From an uncultured Acidobacteriota bacterium (lineage in GTDB: Bacteria; Acidobacteriota; UBA6911): a stretch of DNA of 64,000 nt. Shown piece by piece: positions 32,653 to 44,407 of the stretch. A program made the translations under genes and the position numbers. Within the stretch, counting starts at the first letter, position 1. Each line of letters opens with the position of its first letter. Under the pieces are notes generated by a model that was given only the letters and a program-made list of their open reading frames with translations, had not been told where the DNA came from and ran no database searches. The stretch is from contig CAWJKZ010000019.1 of the NCBI GenBank assembly GCA_963843575.1, positions 464,907 to 528,906 on the forward strand. The letters run 5' to 3'.

Positions 32653-33915
32653 TCAAGGGCGCAGCCCCTGGCTGGTTAGCGTATTATGAACATGGGTACT
32701 GAGTAGTCTGTTCCACAGTTTCCGAACCAAGCCAAGGGTGAACGCTACACCCGGTTTCCAGTCAGCCAAGGTATAGATTGCCCACATTCTCTCTCCTCGC
32801 AATGAACTAAGCCACTGCTTAGGCGAGAGTTGACCGCTGCGCCAGTATTCAATAGCGGCCCTGACATCCCGCTGCCAGTCTATCCATGCCACTCCCTCGC
32901 GATACGTCAATTGAGGTTCTACAGGAAGACCGAGCGCGTCGCGGTAGGCGATGTACGGAAGGTCAACGCCGCATCTGACGCTCAATCCGTCCCACATTCC
33001 GAAACGGGTGTTGACTTCTATCAGCTTGTAGCACTCGTCACGTGGATCCTTCTTAAACTCGATGCCGACCAGGCCCTGATAGCGTGCTTTTTTCAACAGT
33101 TTGAGGCCGATCTCGATCAATTCCGGGTCGTACATGCTTCGCACAAAGCTCGCGGAGCCGAATCCCGTCGGAATCACTCGAATCTTGCGACCCGCAAAAT
33201 TGCCCAAAACTCTAGACTGCCGATCCAGGTAAAACGATATGTAGGCGAGGCGACTGTCCTCGCCCGGGATAACTTCCTGCACGACCAGGCGATCATCTAG
33301 TGCCGCGAGGGTCCGGTACGCCTTGCGCAGTTCGCTGGCGCTCCGGCAGAGTACAACTTTGGCGCGCCCTCCAAGGAGGGTGGGGGACAGAAGTACGGGA
33401 GGATTGCACATATGCCAGTAAGTGCTTTCCGTTGGCTTGAGAATGACCGGGTAGGTGCTTCGATCAGCAATGGCATCTATTTGGCTGGGATCAGTCAGGA
33501 AGGTCGTCACGGGCGCAGGAATGCCGAACTCGTACGCGATGCTCTGGAGACCGTCCTTTGTCGTAAGCCTTGCCAGGGTCTCATGCTCGGGCATCACGAA
33601 TTCGTAGTATTCGTGGAGCCTCTCCCGATGGCGAGAACCCAGAAGGACATGCAGATCGCTGAGGAGAAACAGGACCGCCTTGCGTTTCAGCGTTCTGCCA
33701 AATCCGATCAGGAACTCCAGGTACTGAGTCTCCCGCCCGGCCATAGGATTGGGACTTTGCACGAATCGACAGCATGTCGAGTATTTGCCGGGGACCGCAC
33801 GGTCCGAATCCAATCCGTAAACGGGAATGCCATATTTTGCCAGAGACCGGGCGATATCCAGGCCCATGTGGTCATCCAGCGGTGTTAGTACAGCGGGCGG
33901 CGGTTGACCGGTCAA
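32653..33915 (-). CDS. ATP-grasp carboxylate-amine ligase (D-aspartate ligase-like)
   Basis: IARSLAKYGI, YPVILKP, VQEVIPGED, IEFKKDPRD..YKLIEVNTR; TTG start overlaps the upstream stop. Confidence 0.85.
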   Translation of the reverse strand: MTGQPPPAVLTPLDDHMGLDIARSLAKYGIPVYGLDSDRAVPGKYSTCCRFVQSPNPMAGRETQYLEFLIGFGRTLKRKAVLFLLSDLHVLLGSRHRERLHEYYEFVMPEHETLARLTTKDGLQSIAYEFGIPAPVTTFLTDPSQIDAIADRSTYPVILKPTESTYWHMCNPPVLLSPTLLGGRAKVVLCRSASELRKAYRTLAALDDRLVVQEVIPGEDSRLAYISFYLDRQSRVLGNFAGRKIRVIPTGFGSASFVRSMYDPELIEIGLKLLKKARYQGLVGIEFKKDPRDECYKLIEVNTRFGMWDGLSVRCGVDLPYIAYRDALGLPVEPQLTYREGVAWIDWQRDVRAAIEYWRSGQLSPKQWLSSLRGERMWAIYTLADWKPGVAFTLGLVRKLWNRLLSTHVHNTLTSQGLRP

Positions 33916-34943
33916 AACACAAATCTCCTGGCAAAACGATAGGCAAAGTTGCACATCTGCCTTCGCAGGCGAGCATGGACGAACAGGTTGCGCCCATTAT
34001 TGACCTGGATGCCGCCAAACTTCGATTTGAAGTCCCTCACACCGTAAGGCTCATTCGGCTTGCCTGCTCCGCCGAAGTCATACGTGCGATATCCGTTCTC
34101 AGCCCCCCATCGAAGGATGTGCCACGTCAACAACTCATTGGCGGGGAAGGAACTATAGGCTCGATCCACGCCGCCATACCAACCGTACATTAGGTCCTTG
34201 TAGAGCAGATCAATGGAGACTGCAGCAGGCGCATCACCCACACGAGCCAGGGTAAATTTGATCATACCTCTGGGATGGAGGACCTCATAGGCAGCTTCGA
34301 ACAACGATGGGTCCGCCAGCGGGATACGGCGCGCCTGGAACGTCCGGCGCAGGATGTCGTAGCAGGAGGACCGCTCCGGATTCTCCGTCGCGTCCGATAC
34401 AGTAACCTGGCCAGATCGGAGTGCGCGACGAATGTGCTTTCGGGTCCTCGGACCTATGCTCTTGAAAACCTCGTCCGAAGGACGGTTCAAGTCAATCAGG
34501 TAGTTTAGGTGGTCCTCGTGAACGAAGCCGTGCTCCAGGAGTGTCTGTTGTTGCTGTGCGTCCAAGCTGGAAACATTACGGAGTTCCGTGAAAAGGGCGG
34601 TGCGTCCAACCTCCTTCAGGTAGCTTTGCAGGAGAACCGCGAGGGCGTCGCATCCGTCACGGCCGGGTGCACAGAGGATGCTCCCGTAGGCGACTGATCG
34701 AGTTGTCAGGGAACTCATGATGCCACCCAAGAGTGTAACGCGCACGGGTATCAACAACGCCAGAACACGAGAGCCATCAGTTGCCGCCCAGACATCCGCC
34801 TTATGTCCCTTGGCGCGATTGAACACCTCAAACATCTCGGGCGTGTGAAAGACGTTACCGGCCGCCTGATCTGCTACGAAGGATCGCCAAACTTCGACAG
34901 AGAGTGATTTAACGACAGCAATCTTAATGGTCGGGCCCTCCAC
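33912..34943 (-). CDS. FemAB-like GNAT superfamily protein
   Basis: NVFHTPE, RKHIRRA, NELLTWHILRW, YDFGGAG, FKSKFGG. Confidence 0.85.
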   Translation of the reverse strand: MEGPTIKIAVVKSLSVEVWRSFVADQAAGNVFHTPEMFEVFNRAKGHKADVWAATDGSRVLALLIPVRVTLLGGIMSSLTTRSVAYGSILCAPGRDGCDALAVLLQSYLKEVGRTALFTELRNVSSLDAQQQQTLLEHGFVHEDHLNYLIDLNRPSDEVFKSIGPRTRKHIRRALRSGQVTVSDATENPERSSCYDILRRTFQARRIPLADPSLFEAAYEVLHPRGMIKFTLARVGDAPAAVSIDLLYKDLMYGWYGGVDRAYSSFPANELLTWHILRWGAENGYRTYDFGGAGKPNEPYGVRDFKSKFGGIQVNNGRNLFVHARLRRQMCNFAYRFARRFVF

Positions 34944-35046
34944 TCGCTGGGAGCAACAGGCCGCCGATCCGAACGTTCTTCAGCGACCGGCTTGATCTGC
35001 CAGAATGGCAGAGTTGCCCCGCGAGATCGACATTATCCACGAATTG

Positions 35047-36012
35047 TTACTGCGGCCTCATGTCAATGATCCCGTCATTGACAGCATAAAGTCGCGAGCA
35101 GGAACGGCACCTAAACGCATGCACGTCATGCGATAAAGCGCCCCGACATGCGGGACATTCGAAGATGCCGACCATTGTGTCTGCGTCCACCATTGGCCCG
35201 CCCAGCCGGCTGACCGCACCACACAAAACCCAGGGGGCCAGCTTGATCCGGCCCAACCAGGCCGCGATGCGGGTGCCGGGGGGAACCCACTTCCCTAGAC
35301 GCCCGAGCCTGCGGGCAACCTTGTCCATTACCCCAGCGCCCCGGTACACGGTATCTGAGAAGCCCGCCGTCGATAAAGCCTCAGAAACATAAGTCGGGTG
35401 GTGGTGGATAAACGTTTCGTCTGTCATTGAGGGCTCATGAGTGAATGGATTGTGCCCTTTCCGGCGGAGGAGCCATTGAACCATGCGCAGCGCGTTTCTC
35501 TTGTTGCTGTAATTGAACACCAAGCGGCCTGCGCAACAAAGAACTCGGTTCAGCTCCGCGAGGCAACGACGGGATTCAGGCAGATGATGAAAGACACGAA
35601 TCATAAGAGCGGCATCGAACGAGTTCCCGCGGAAGGGGAGATGTTCTATGTCGCCTGCTACATAAATCCCCCGTCCTCCAGAACTTTCCCGGGCCTGGCC
35701 AAGCAACGACATGGAGCCGTCAAAGAGAATCACTTCCTGGAAGCGCCCTACGTAACAGTCGATCAATCGGCCGTAGCCGGCGCCGACATCGAGGATGCGC
35801 CGTCCTGACGCGGGCAGAAGCTGCGCGACAAGCGCACGTTCAAGCGCATGGAGTTTGGCCTTGTCGGTCCCTTGCCAAAACTCCTTGTAGGGCACACCCT
35901 CGTACAGGGAGCATAGTCTTGTCTGCGGATCAACCTGGATAGGTAGTCCACGCATCTCTTCTGCGGGGCGAACACCGTTGCGGCCTCGTGTTCTCCGACT
36001 CGCATCTGGCAT
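35047..36012 (-). CDS. Class I SAM methyltransferase with C-terminal Trm112-like Cys domain
   Basis: ILDVGAGYG, HLPF..NSFD, CPAC..L....CRSC...Y.V.DGI. Confidence 0.8.
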   Translation of the reverse strand: MPDASRRTRGRNGVRPAEEMRGLPIQVDPQTRLCSLYEGVPYKEFWQGTDKAKLHALERALVAQLLPASGRRILDVGAGYGRLIDCYVGRFQEVILFDGSMSLLGQARESSGGRGIYVAGDIEHLPFRGNSFDAALMIRVFHHLPESRRCLAELNRVLCCAGRLVFNYSNKRNALRMVQWLLRRKGHNPFTHEPSMTDETFIHHHPTYVSEALSTAGFSDTVYRGAGVMDKVARRLGRLGKWVPPGTRIAAWLGRIKLAPWVLCGAVSRLGGPMVDADTMVGIFECPACRGALSHDVHAFRCRSCSRLYAVNDGIIDMRPQ

Positions 36013-36800
36013 CAGAGCACGACTTTCCGAAGCGTTCGATCTCTCCGATTGTTGGTTTTCTGAAAGCACACAATGGGTTCCGAGGCCCAGCGAGGCAACA
36101 GAATGTTGTGCCTGAGCCACATTGCGTAGCGAAATGCGAGCGCGAGCAGCCTGGATTTGGCGTAAAGGGATCGATATCTCGTGCTTCCCCCCGGCAGAGC
36201 CACATAAGCCGTATCGGGCACGAATCCGAAGGAACTCACAAGCTCAAGAAGAGTTTTGTAGGTAAAGTATCTCACGTGGGCATAAAATTCATATCGCGAG
36301 TCCTCTACGAGCGGATCGTGGAAGGTCCGTCCAGTTAACAGCAGTCTGCCTGCATACTCCGGAGCCGCGTAGTTCGGTGTCGAAAGGTAGAGGTAACCCT
36401 CGTCGGCTATTATGCGGTGAAGTTCCAGTATGAAATGGTCAACATAGATCAGATGCTCGATCGTCACGAGGGAAATGACCGCGTCGAACCGGCAGTCGAC
36501 GAAGGGAAAGGCCCTCTCGTCGTCGTCAATGTCAAACGAGACTGTCGGTATATGCAGCTTATTGAGAATGCTCAAACAAATGGGGGAAATGTCGCTGCAA
36601 ATCAACTCGGCTGGATAGTGATCCCTGATTCTCTGAGCTGCACAACCCACGCCCGCGGCAATATCCAATATCTTCTTGTGCTGCCTACCCTCGAATACGG
36701 CGGGAAACACCCGGTGTCGTTCCTTGAAAATGCGATACTCACTCAGGTCGCTGATATCACCCAAACGCGATTTCTCAAGCTGGATGGCGTCCTTTCTCAT
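36012..36800 (-). CDS. Class I SAM methyltransferase
   Basis: ILDIAAGVG, FDAVISLVTIEHL, LSTPN, HVRYFT. Confidence 0.85.
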   Translation of the reverse strand: MRKDAIQLEKSRLGDISDLSEYRIFKERHRVFPAVFEGRQHKKILDIAAGVGCAAQRIRDHYPAELICSDISPICLSILNKLHIPTVSFDIDDDERAFPFVDCRFDAVISLVTIEHLIYVDHFILELHRIIADEGYLYLSTPNYAAPEYAGRLLLTGRTFHDPLVEDSRYEFYAHVRYFTYKTLLELVSSFGFVPDTAYVALPGGSTRYRSLYAKSRLLALAFRYAMWLRHNILLPRWASEPIVCFQKTNNRRDRTLRKVVL

Positions 36801-36997
36801 GAGACAACCCCTCCCAATTGGAATCAATGCGGATGATCAGGCTATCCCTCGAACGACGCGGCAGAAGCGTCGTCCAGCAGGGCACTGAACAAGCCCGCTG
36901 CATGTGCCGGTTCCGTCCAAGAGGAATTCTCCTGTCGATCGTATTTGACAGGACAGGCGCGCACTTGTGCTTGCGGCAGCGGCCGCCCGGCGACATC

Positions 36998-38040
36998 TCA
37001 CGCGAAGTGACCATAGAGCAGCTCACCGGCGACTCTGCACACCCAGGGAGGAGAGTGCCGGATTAATTCCCTGAATGCCCGATTCGTAGAGCCGCTGGCC
37101 GGCAGGACCTTGTCGCTCAAATAGGCGAAAGGCAGGCGGTTCTCCGCCGCCCCCCAGCCATTCTTGAAATGGCGCAAGCCCTGGTCCGAGATGTCGGTCT
37201 TGCCAAAGTCTATCGCGGAAAACCTCTCGCTGCACGCCCATTCAATGCACTTCCAGAAGAGATAGTACTGGCAGCGGAAGTTCAGGTACGCCGGGTCACA
37301 CGCGCTGTACTTGATCATCGATTTTCCATTGAAGTGCATTAAAACAGCCCCACTCACCGCCCTTCCTTCGTGCGACACGATGATCACCTTACCGAGGCCT
37401 TGTGAAATGATATTCTCGTCCAGAAGCTTGAAATATTTCATCGGCTGAATAGGTATCCCGAGCTTCCGTCGCGTCTTCAGATGAAGCGCGTAAAACGTGG
37501 CCATGTCATCTGGCCCGGCGGTCGAGTTCACCGTTAGACCGAGGCGTTCCCCACGACGCGAATACTGACGGAATTTCTGTGAAAACTTCCCGCAAACGTT
37601 CTCCACGCCCGGCGCCAGGCTGAGAGTGTGCAAGATGTAGCGCTCACACGACTGAAAGCGTCCCGCTGATGCAATCCCCCAACGGATCTCTATCCTGCGG
37701 ATCTCTTTCTCCTCGCGCAGGCGCAGGAGTTCGTCGTATAGATTGACCAGGTCGCCCTGTGCGCACGCCAACGGCGGGCAGTAGTCCGTGAAGGGCAGCG
37801 ACACCCACCGGGCCCCGGTGAGCCAGCTTTCACGCCGATGACGGGCACTCCGGCGAGAATATCGTCACGCTGGTCGGTCACAGCCAGCACAAATGCCGGA
37901 TACCCGTAGCACTCACTTAAAGTGCCGATCCAGGCGGGATGGTGGAATATCGATCCTGAGGGGTTCTGCCGCACACACTGCATCCACCGCGGATCGTAAA
38001 TAGACAGCTTCTGGATTGCGCCTCTCGGTGCGACGGCCAT
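36998..38040 (-). CDS. GNAT acetyltransferase (CelD/BcsL/FemAB-like; frameshift near 37820)
   Basis: IFHHPAW, SLPFTDYC, IDFGKT, GLRHFKNGWG. Confidence 0.8.
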
Positions 38041-38133
38041 GCCGCGTCTCTTCCTGTTAACGGTGTCCGGCGCCGTGACGAATTCGTGAAATCGGGTTCA
38101 CCGCTGCAGGCGATTGAGTAGTCGCGCTACCAA

Positions 38134-39332
38134 CTATGACTTGTCACGAAAAACATCACTATAGGCTCGGATGAGATTGCTTTTCATGTGCTCCCACATT
38201 AAGCACGATTCGACTCTCTCTTTCGCAAAGCACCCCATCCGATGTCTTAGTTGCCGATCGTCCAACAGCAGGGAGATGTTTCTGGCCAGATCTACGACGT
38301 CATTGGGCCGGGCATAGACCGCCGCCCTACCAGCGGAGGCTCTGGTTTCCGGGCAGATCGAATGCCACAATCGGTTTACCTGCGGCCATATAATCCAGAA
38401 CCTTGATAAAAGTCATTCTGTCGTTGCACAAGCTCTTCGGCTCAGGGGAAATGCACACATCCGCACTGCTTAGGTATTGTTTGAGCAGTACCTCGTCTCT
38501 TACGTATCCCGCAAATACAATGTGTTCATTGAGTTTCAACGCGGCTGCCTTGTTTCTCAATCGCTGCAGTTCGCTGCCATCGCCGACAATCAGGAAACAG
38601 ATATCGTTTCGTCCCTGCTCATTAAGCGAGAACATTCGCGGCGTCGATCACGTATTCCACGCCGTCCTGTCGGGCTATCCAGCCCATGCAGCAAACGACA
38701 TACTTGTCGCTGTACTTCGTCGTGTGCTCGGGCGATACCGAGTGGGAGAATACGAGGTAGGGACCGTTTCTCACAACATACACGCGTTCAGGTCGCAACC
38801 TGCCCCTCGATAATGCGACCGTTTTGCTCGAATCATTTGTAACGATGACAATGTTCGCTACCTTATAGCTGAAAAACTCGAACAGGCGGAGGATGCGATA
38901 GACGCTGCGACTTGGCGACGTAAAGCGCGACAGATAGATCTCCGGTGACGGGTCGTGCTGATCGAACACGAACTTCACCCCAAGTGATCGGAATCAGAAG
39001 GCTCCCAAGACAAAGAAGAGGTCAGGGGGATTACATACGTGGATCGCGTCAAATCCCGGATTCCAATAGGCTTTGAGGGTCAGTCGTGCTATTTCTTTCC
39101 AACTGTAGAGATACTCGCGAAAATAGGTCCAGAAATCGCAACCTGGCGCTGGCGGCTTAAATCTGAGGATTGTGACTCCTTCAAGGTGTGCCCGTTTGGC
39201 GACATCGCCGACATCTGGGCAGATCAATGTCGCCTTGTAACCAGCGGCGGTAAGCGCATCTAATTCGCGTTGAACTCTCTTGTCGGCTTCGATGACCGCG
39301 TTTTGAACAATGACCAGGATCCTGTGGCTCAT
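38134..39332 (-). CDS. GT4 glycosyltransferase (frameshifted)
   Basis: DKRVQRE, HVCNPPD, FDQHD, VGDGSE, KVLDYMAAGKPIVAFD. Confidence 0.88.
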
Positions 39333-39448
39333 ATGCGCCTACCGGGACCGGAAAAGGAAGACAGAAGCCCTGAGCCGGAAGCCGCGAATCGGATGTGGCG
39401 GCTGCCCCTGCCTCCCTGAGCAACCGCCTGAAGGGTGGCCTGCGCGAA

Positions 39449-40802
39449 TCACGGGGTTTCGCCGAGAACGTATTCGATCTCATCACCTACAAGGCGGGCG
39501 TGCGCGATGCGTGCATGCTGGGAGCCGGGGCCTTCGAGTCGCAGGAATTGTCCATCGCGCCGGAGGGTCATTTGACTTCTCGCCCTCCACCAGTCGGCAA
39601 GTTGCCCTGGAAGGGCGATCCAGAGCTTGCCGTCGGCGCGCAAGCCTGCGAGGTAGGTCAACAGGGAATTGTAGGTGTCGCGCGCGCGCTCGAGGAGCAG
39701 GTAATCGGGGTGGACGAGAAAGCTGGCCAGCCCATGCCGGGAGAGGATGATGTCGAGTTGATGTTTCCAGAGGGAGATGGAGAAATCTTTGAGAATGCAA
39801 AAGAGAGGGTAGTCCTGCGTGGTGGTTAAGGGCAGCTCGAGCAGGTTGCCGATGAAAAACGGGAATACCGTACAGCAGCCGCCGCGCTGGGGATCGAGAT
39901 GCGCGACATTGGGTACGGACATGTCGTACGCAAAGGCAAGTGCGTGGAACCAGTCCTGGTTCCTGTAGAGTACGGCGCTGCGAAAGCCCGAAGCCCCGTA
40001 TTCGACCGCATATCGATTGATGCGTTCGACGCGACGCAAGAACTCCGAACGATTGGTGAAGAGCCGGCCGTCATGATTCAGATCGTGGATGTTGACCTCA
40101 AAGCCCCTGTTGCGGAGGCGGTCGACAGTGGCTTGGGAAAGCGGGTAGCGCTTGTCGGGCACGAGTTGAAAGGAGCTTTTCATTCCACGCGCATCGTCCA
40201 TATCCATCAAGGTGTCGCAGAAAGCCAGGCCGGCCGGGGATTCGACATCGTGCGTGAGGATCGCACATGCCGAGTAACCGTCGGGCCAGAACCAGATGAA
40301 GGGGACGCTTTCGAGCTTTTGGGCCTTTAGGGATAGGACGAGGAGTGTCTCCAGGATGCTGTCAACCGTGTGGTCGACGGGCCACCGTGGAAAGGGGATA
40401 TTCTGCCATCCGCCGAGACGCAGGCGCTGCAGAACGGCTCCTGACGGGCACGGACATCAGCGGGCGTACCGCATAGTAGAGACGGGCAACCGCGTCCCGG
40501 GCCAGAGAGTGGAGCAACGAATGCGGCTTAGCTCGGACATAGCGCTCATTGCGGAGGTTGTCGAGAACCTCGGCAGGATCGAAGGGGAGCTGAATGGTAT
40601 CGACGTGTAGCCGCCAATCGGCGAACAGGTCGGGGAGTGCGGCGCCGATCTCTGGAGCGGGGTGGGTGCCCGCGCATCGTCCGTAGCACGTATTGTGCGG
40701 ACCAAAACGAAAGAAGCCGGGCGTGTCCGACAGCGGTGCAGCAACGGTGAAGTCCGTGCCGCAGGAGGCGAGTCGATAGTGTTCTTCAAGAATGCCGCTC
40801 AT
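39449..40802 (-). CDS. Polysaccharide deacetylase-like protein (frameshifted)
   Basis: WFWPDG..ACAILTHDVE, HDLNHDG, GFRS, ELPLTTTQD, LVHPDY. Confidence 0.75.
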
Positions 40803-40990
40803 GTGGCAAAGTCCGATGGAGGATGCAGGGATGCTCCCATCCCGCATGATCAGGTTCGGCTGCCGGGAGTCTTGAGCCTGTCGAGGAGAGCCTGTCTGGT
40901 GCCGACGGCTGCCGCTCGATGTGGAATTCACGCTGCTTACGCCGCTGGAGGGTCGGAGACCGATTTTGGCTTGGGAGGCTCGACTGGTCC

Positions 40991-41992
40991 TCAGCTGCCG
41001 GACGCAACTGCCGCCTGAGCGGCTTTTGGACTCTGCTCGTGATCCACTGGTAGGTGATCCTCAGCCCCGTCTCCAATGGTTGCACGGGCGCCCAATCGAG
41101 CATCCGGCGGATAAGACGGTTGTCCGAGTTTCGTCCACGGACACCGAGCGGACCTTGAACATGACGGATAAGGACCCTTTTCCCCGCGACCGTCATGATC
41201 ATGCGCGCAAGTTGATCGATCGACACCATCTCTTCGGAGCCGATGTTCACGGGTCCCGTCCACTCCGAACGCATGAGCCGCTGAGTACCTTCGATGCACT
41301 CATCGACATAGAGGAAGGAGCGGGTCCGCGTGCCGTCGCCCCAGATTTCTATTTCGCCGCCCTCCTTCTGCTTCGCGATCTTGCGGCAAAGGGCGGCCGG
41401 CGCCTTCTCGCGACCGTCGTTCCAGCTTCCTTCGGGTCCGAAGATGTTGTGGTATCGCGCGATACGCACTTCCATCCCGCGATTGCGTTGAAAGGCCAGT
41501 ACAGTCGTTCGCTGAACAGCTTTTCCCGACCGTAGTCGCTGTCCGGATTGGCCGGGTAAGCGCTGTCTTCGGCGCAATTCGGGCTTTTCCGGATCCAGTT
41601 GGTTCTCCTGTGGATATATGCAGCGGACGACGAGTAAAAGATCCGCTTGATGTTTCGCCGGCTTAGCAGGCCTCGAGCATATTCAGGTTTATGAGGGCGG
41701 AGTTGTGCAGGATCGCGGCATCGTGCTGCCCGGTAAAAAATACAAGCCGGCTCCGCCCATATCGGCGGCGAACTGATACACCTCATCAAATCCCCGGTCG
41801 AACGACAGGCGACAGAGGTCCGGATCACGGAGTCGCCGACGACAAAGTCATCGGCAGGAGTGGCCGAGAACTCGGGATACTTGAGGTCCACGCCGCGAAC
41901 CCAGAACCCATCACTCTTCAGCCGTTTAGACATGTGACTCCCGATGAACCCTCCCACTGCCACCGCCACGCAAGGGCTGTTCTGCGATTCAT
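40991..41992 (-). CDS. NAD-dependent epimerase, GDP-mannose 3,5-epimerase-like (frameshifted)
   Basis: GGFIGSH, AYPANPDSDYG.EKL, RYHNIFGP, GREKAPAALCRK, GVRGRNSDN. Confidence 0.85.
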
Positions 41993-42747
41993 CGTCTCCT
42001 CCAGTCTTTTGCTAGCATTTGACGATCAAAGCCGGACGGTGAGCTCTCTCTCCATTGTTTCGTTCCACGCGGCGCCCCAACTCCCTTGGGTGAGCTTCAA
42101 TGGCCTGCGGCCAGTGGGCACACCACCTGTGCATCGACGCTCGGAATGCCTGGCCCGGCGGGGCGACGTGCGTTACCCCGACAACGATCCATAATCGCAG
42201 TTTTGGGGGGCAGCGTCTGCTTGGGTCAAGGAGCGAACCGGAGGTAGGATATTGCCGACTTGCCCCCCGGTGCTTCCACCGCAGGGGTTAGCACCTGGGG
42301 TCGGGCGGTTGCGATGCAACGATGGGCAACTACCACGGTCCAAGGAGTGTGGGCAACCCGCGACAGTTCCCCTTCAAGTTCCTCAGTACGTTGCCGATAT
42401 GCAGAGTGGACCGGACAGGTTGTCAGAGCACAGGATGTTCCGCCCGGGCTGAGCTCCTAATAAACTAACAGTTTGGTGACACATGGCACAGTATGGGCAG
42501 CCCCCTCCGGACTATCCTGAGGCATCAGGAGCAGCTTGAGCCAACCGTCCATGCCGGAAAGGAATCGCCTGGCAACTCCATGATTGAGTCCCCTCGAATG
42601 CCAGACTGCTGTCCTTCAGGGGAGCTGGATGAGAGAGTCCCGATTGAACACGATTTTGCGAATCTGCCGTCCGGGTCGTGCATCCTGCTTGTCCCTTTGT
42701 GACCGGCCTGACCCGCATCACCCATTGTCTACGTGGATGGAAAAACT

Positions 42748-44379
42748 ATGAGCCGGAAATTGGGATATGTCGGATTTCTCGCCATCACCCTGGCTGTCGT
42801 TTCACCGATCCGTTCGTCCGGTGGGAAGACTTATTATGTCAGGCCGGACGGCAACGATGGGCATACAGGGCTGGGAGAAACGGCCGCCCTCGCATGGAAG
42901 ACGATTCAGCACGCCACCAACACGATGGTTGCGGGCGACACTCTCTACCTCAGGGCGGGAACGTATCCCGAGAGAGTGATCCTCAACAGCGGCCACAGTG
43001 GCAATGCCCTGGATGGCTATATCACGTATCAGAACTATCCCGGCGAATCCCCGGTGCTTGACGCTGCCGGTGCGGGATTCACGTGGGGAGCAGCCTTCAA
43101 CTCCGGTTTTCACTCCAGCCCGGCTAACGCCGTGAGTTACATCAAGTTTGTCGGTCTCAGGATATGCAACTACCCACAGCAAGGGATCCGCTTCGAGAGA
43201 GGACAAGCGGCGCAGGACGGATCAACAGGCAGTCACCACATCACCATCCAGGACTGCGCGATTCACCACAACGGCGAGCATGGCATCTATATCGAAGGGG
43301 GTGACGTCCGCTCGGGATATGACGGGCACGACCACCTGATTGAGGGCAACACCGTGTATGCGAATGCCGACCACGGCATAAAGTTCCAGGGTGACGCGGC
43401 GGGCACCATCACTCGCCTTCAGATCCGCAATTCCACCATCAGCAACAATGTGGTGTATGGTCAGACCGGCGGGGTGAATGCCGGTCAGGGCATTCACCTT
43501 TCAACGGGCAATCACGATAACACGGTCAGCCGCAACAAGTCCTACGGCAATGGCACTGCAGGCATCTCGGTGGAGGAAAGCTGGAACAATGTCCTGGAAA
43601 ACAACGAATGCTACAGCAACGGCACCTCCGGTGCCAATCCGTACGGCATCGTGGCCTGGCACTCCAACAACACGATCATCCGCTACAATAAGTGCCATGA
43701 CAATCTCGGCAGCGGCATCAGGCTTGGAGCCGAACTTGCCGGTGCGGCGCAGCGCAACCTGGTCTATTACAACCTCGTGTATAACAACGGCACCAGTGCC
43801 GGGGCAAACTCTGCGGGGATCTCGCTGGAGTTGACTACTCTGGCTCATGCCATCTACAACAACGTCCTGTACAACAACCACGATAGCGGCATCCGCGTGC
43901 AGAGCAACGCCAACCACGAGATCAAGAACAACATCATCTACAGCGTTGGAGCGGGAAGGGCCGCCGACTACCTGATCCGCATCGAGACCGCGTCCGGGTG
44001 GAGCGCGAACAGAATCGACCACAACTGCTATTACTCGACGGATCTAACGAATCCCTGGTACTGGGCCGGCAACCGGAGCACCTTTGCGACCTGGAAGAGT
44101 GCCAGCGGTATGGACGTAAACGGCAAGAACGTCAATCCCGGGTTCCTGTCGTCCTCCGATTACCGTCTTCAACCCTCATCCGCCTGCATCGACGTTGGGT
44201 CGGGGGTCGGACTGGCCAGGGATTTCGCCGGGACGAATGTTCCCAACGGGACCGCCGTGGATATCGGAGCGTACGAGTACACGACCAACGTGTTGCAGGC
44301 TCCTAAGGCACTGCGCGTGATCGCCTTGCTAGTCCCGTTGATGCGCTGGACAGCAGCAGGGAGGCTGCATCCCTTTTAA
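42748..44379 (+). CDS. Secreted right-handed parallel beta-helix protein
   Basis: Signal peptide, TYYVRPDGND, AWKTIQHA, Asn-ladder repeats, YRLQPSSACID...DIGAYE. Confidence 0.88.
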   Translation: MSRKLGYVGFLAITLAVVSPIRSSGGKTYYVRPDGNDGHTGLGETAALAWKTIQHATNTMVAGDTLYLRAGTYPERVILNSGHSGNALDGYITYQNYPGESPVLDAAGAGFTWGAAFNSGFHSSPANAVSYIKFVGLRICNYPQQGIRFERGQAAQDGSTGSHHITIQDCAIHHNGEHGIYIEGGDVRSGYDGHDHLIEGNTVYANADHGIKFQGDAAGTITRLQIRNSTISNNVVYGQTGGVNAGQGIHLSTGNHDNTVSRNKSYGNGTAGISVEESWNNVLENNECYSNGTSGANPYGIVAWHSNNTIIRYNKCHDNLGSGIRLGAELAGAAQRNLVYYNLVYNNGTSAGANSAGISLELTTLAHAIYNNVLYNNHDSGIRVQSNANHEIKNNIIYSVGAGRAADYLIRIETASGWSANRIDHNCYYSTDLTNPWYWAGNRSTFATWKSASGMDVNGKNVNPGFLSSSDYRLQPSSACIDVGSGVGLARDFAGTNVPNGTAVDIGAYEYTTNVLQAPKALRVIALLVPLMRWTAAGRLHPF

Positions 44380-44407
44380 AAGCAGGCATTCCTGTGCCGT
44401 CCTGGTT

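Noticed and set aside
41993-42747. Short ORFs or a sigma54 promoter in the divergent intergenic region
   Set aside because: The ORFs lack motifs, and TGGCAC at ~42484 has no correctly spaced TTGC.
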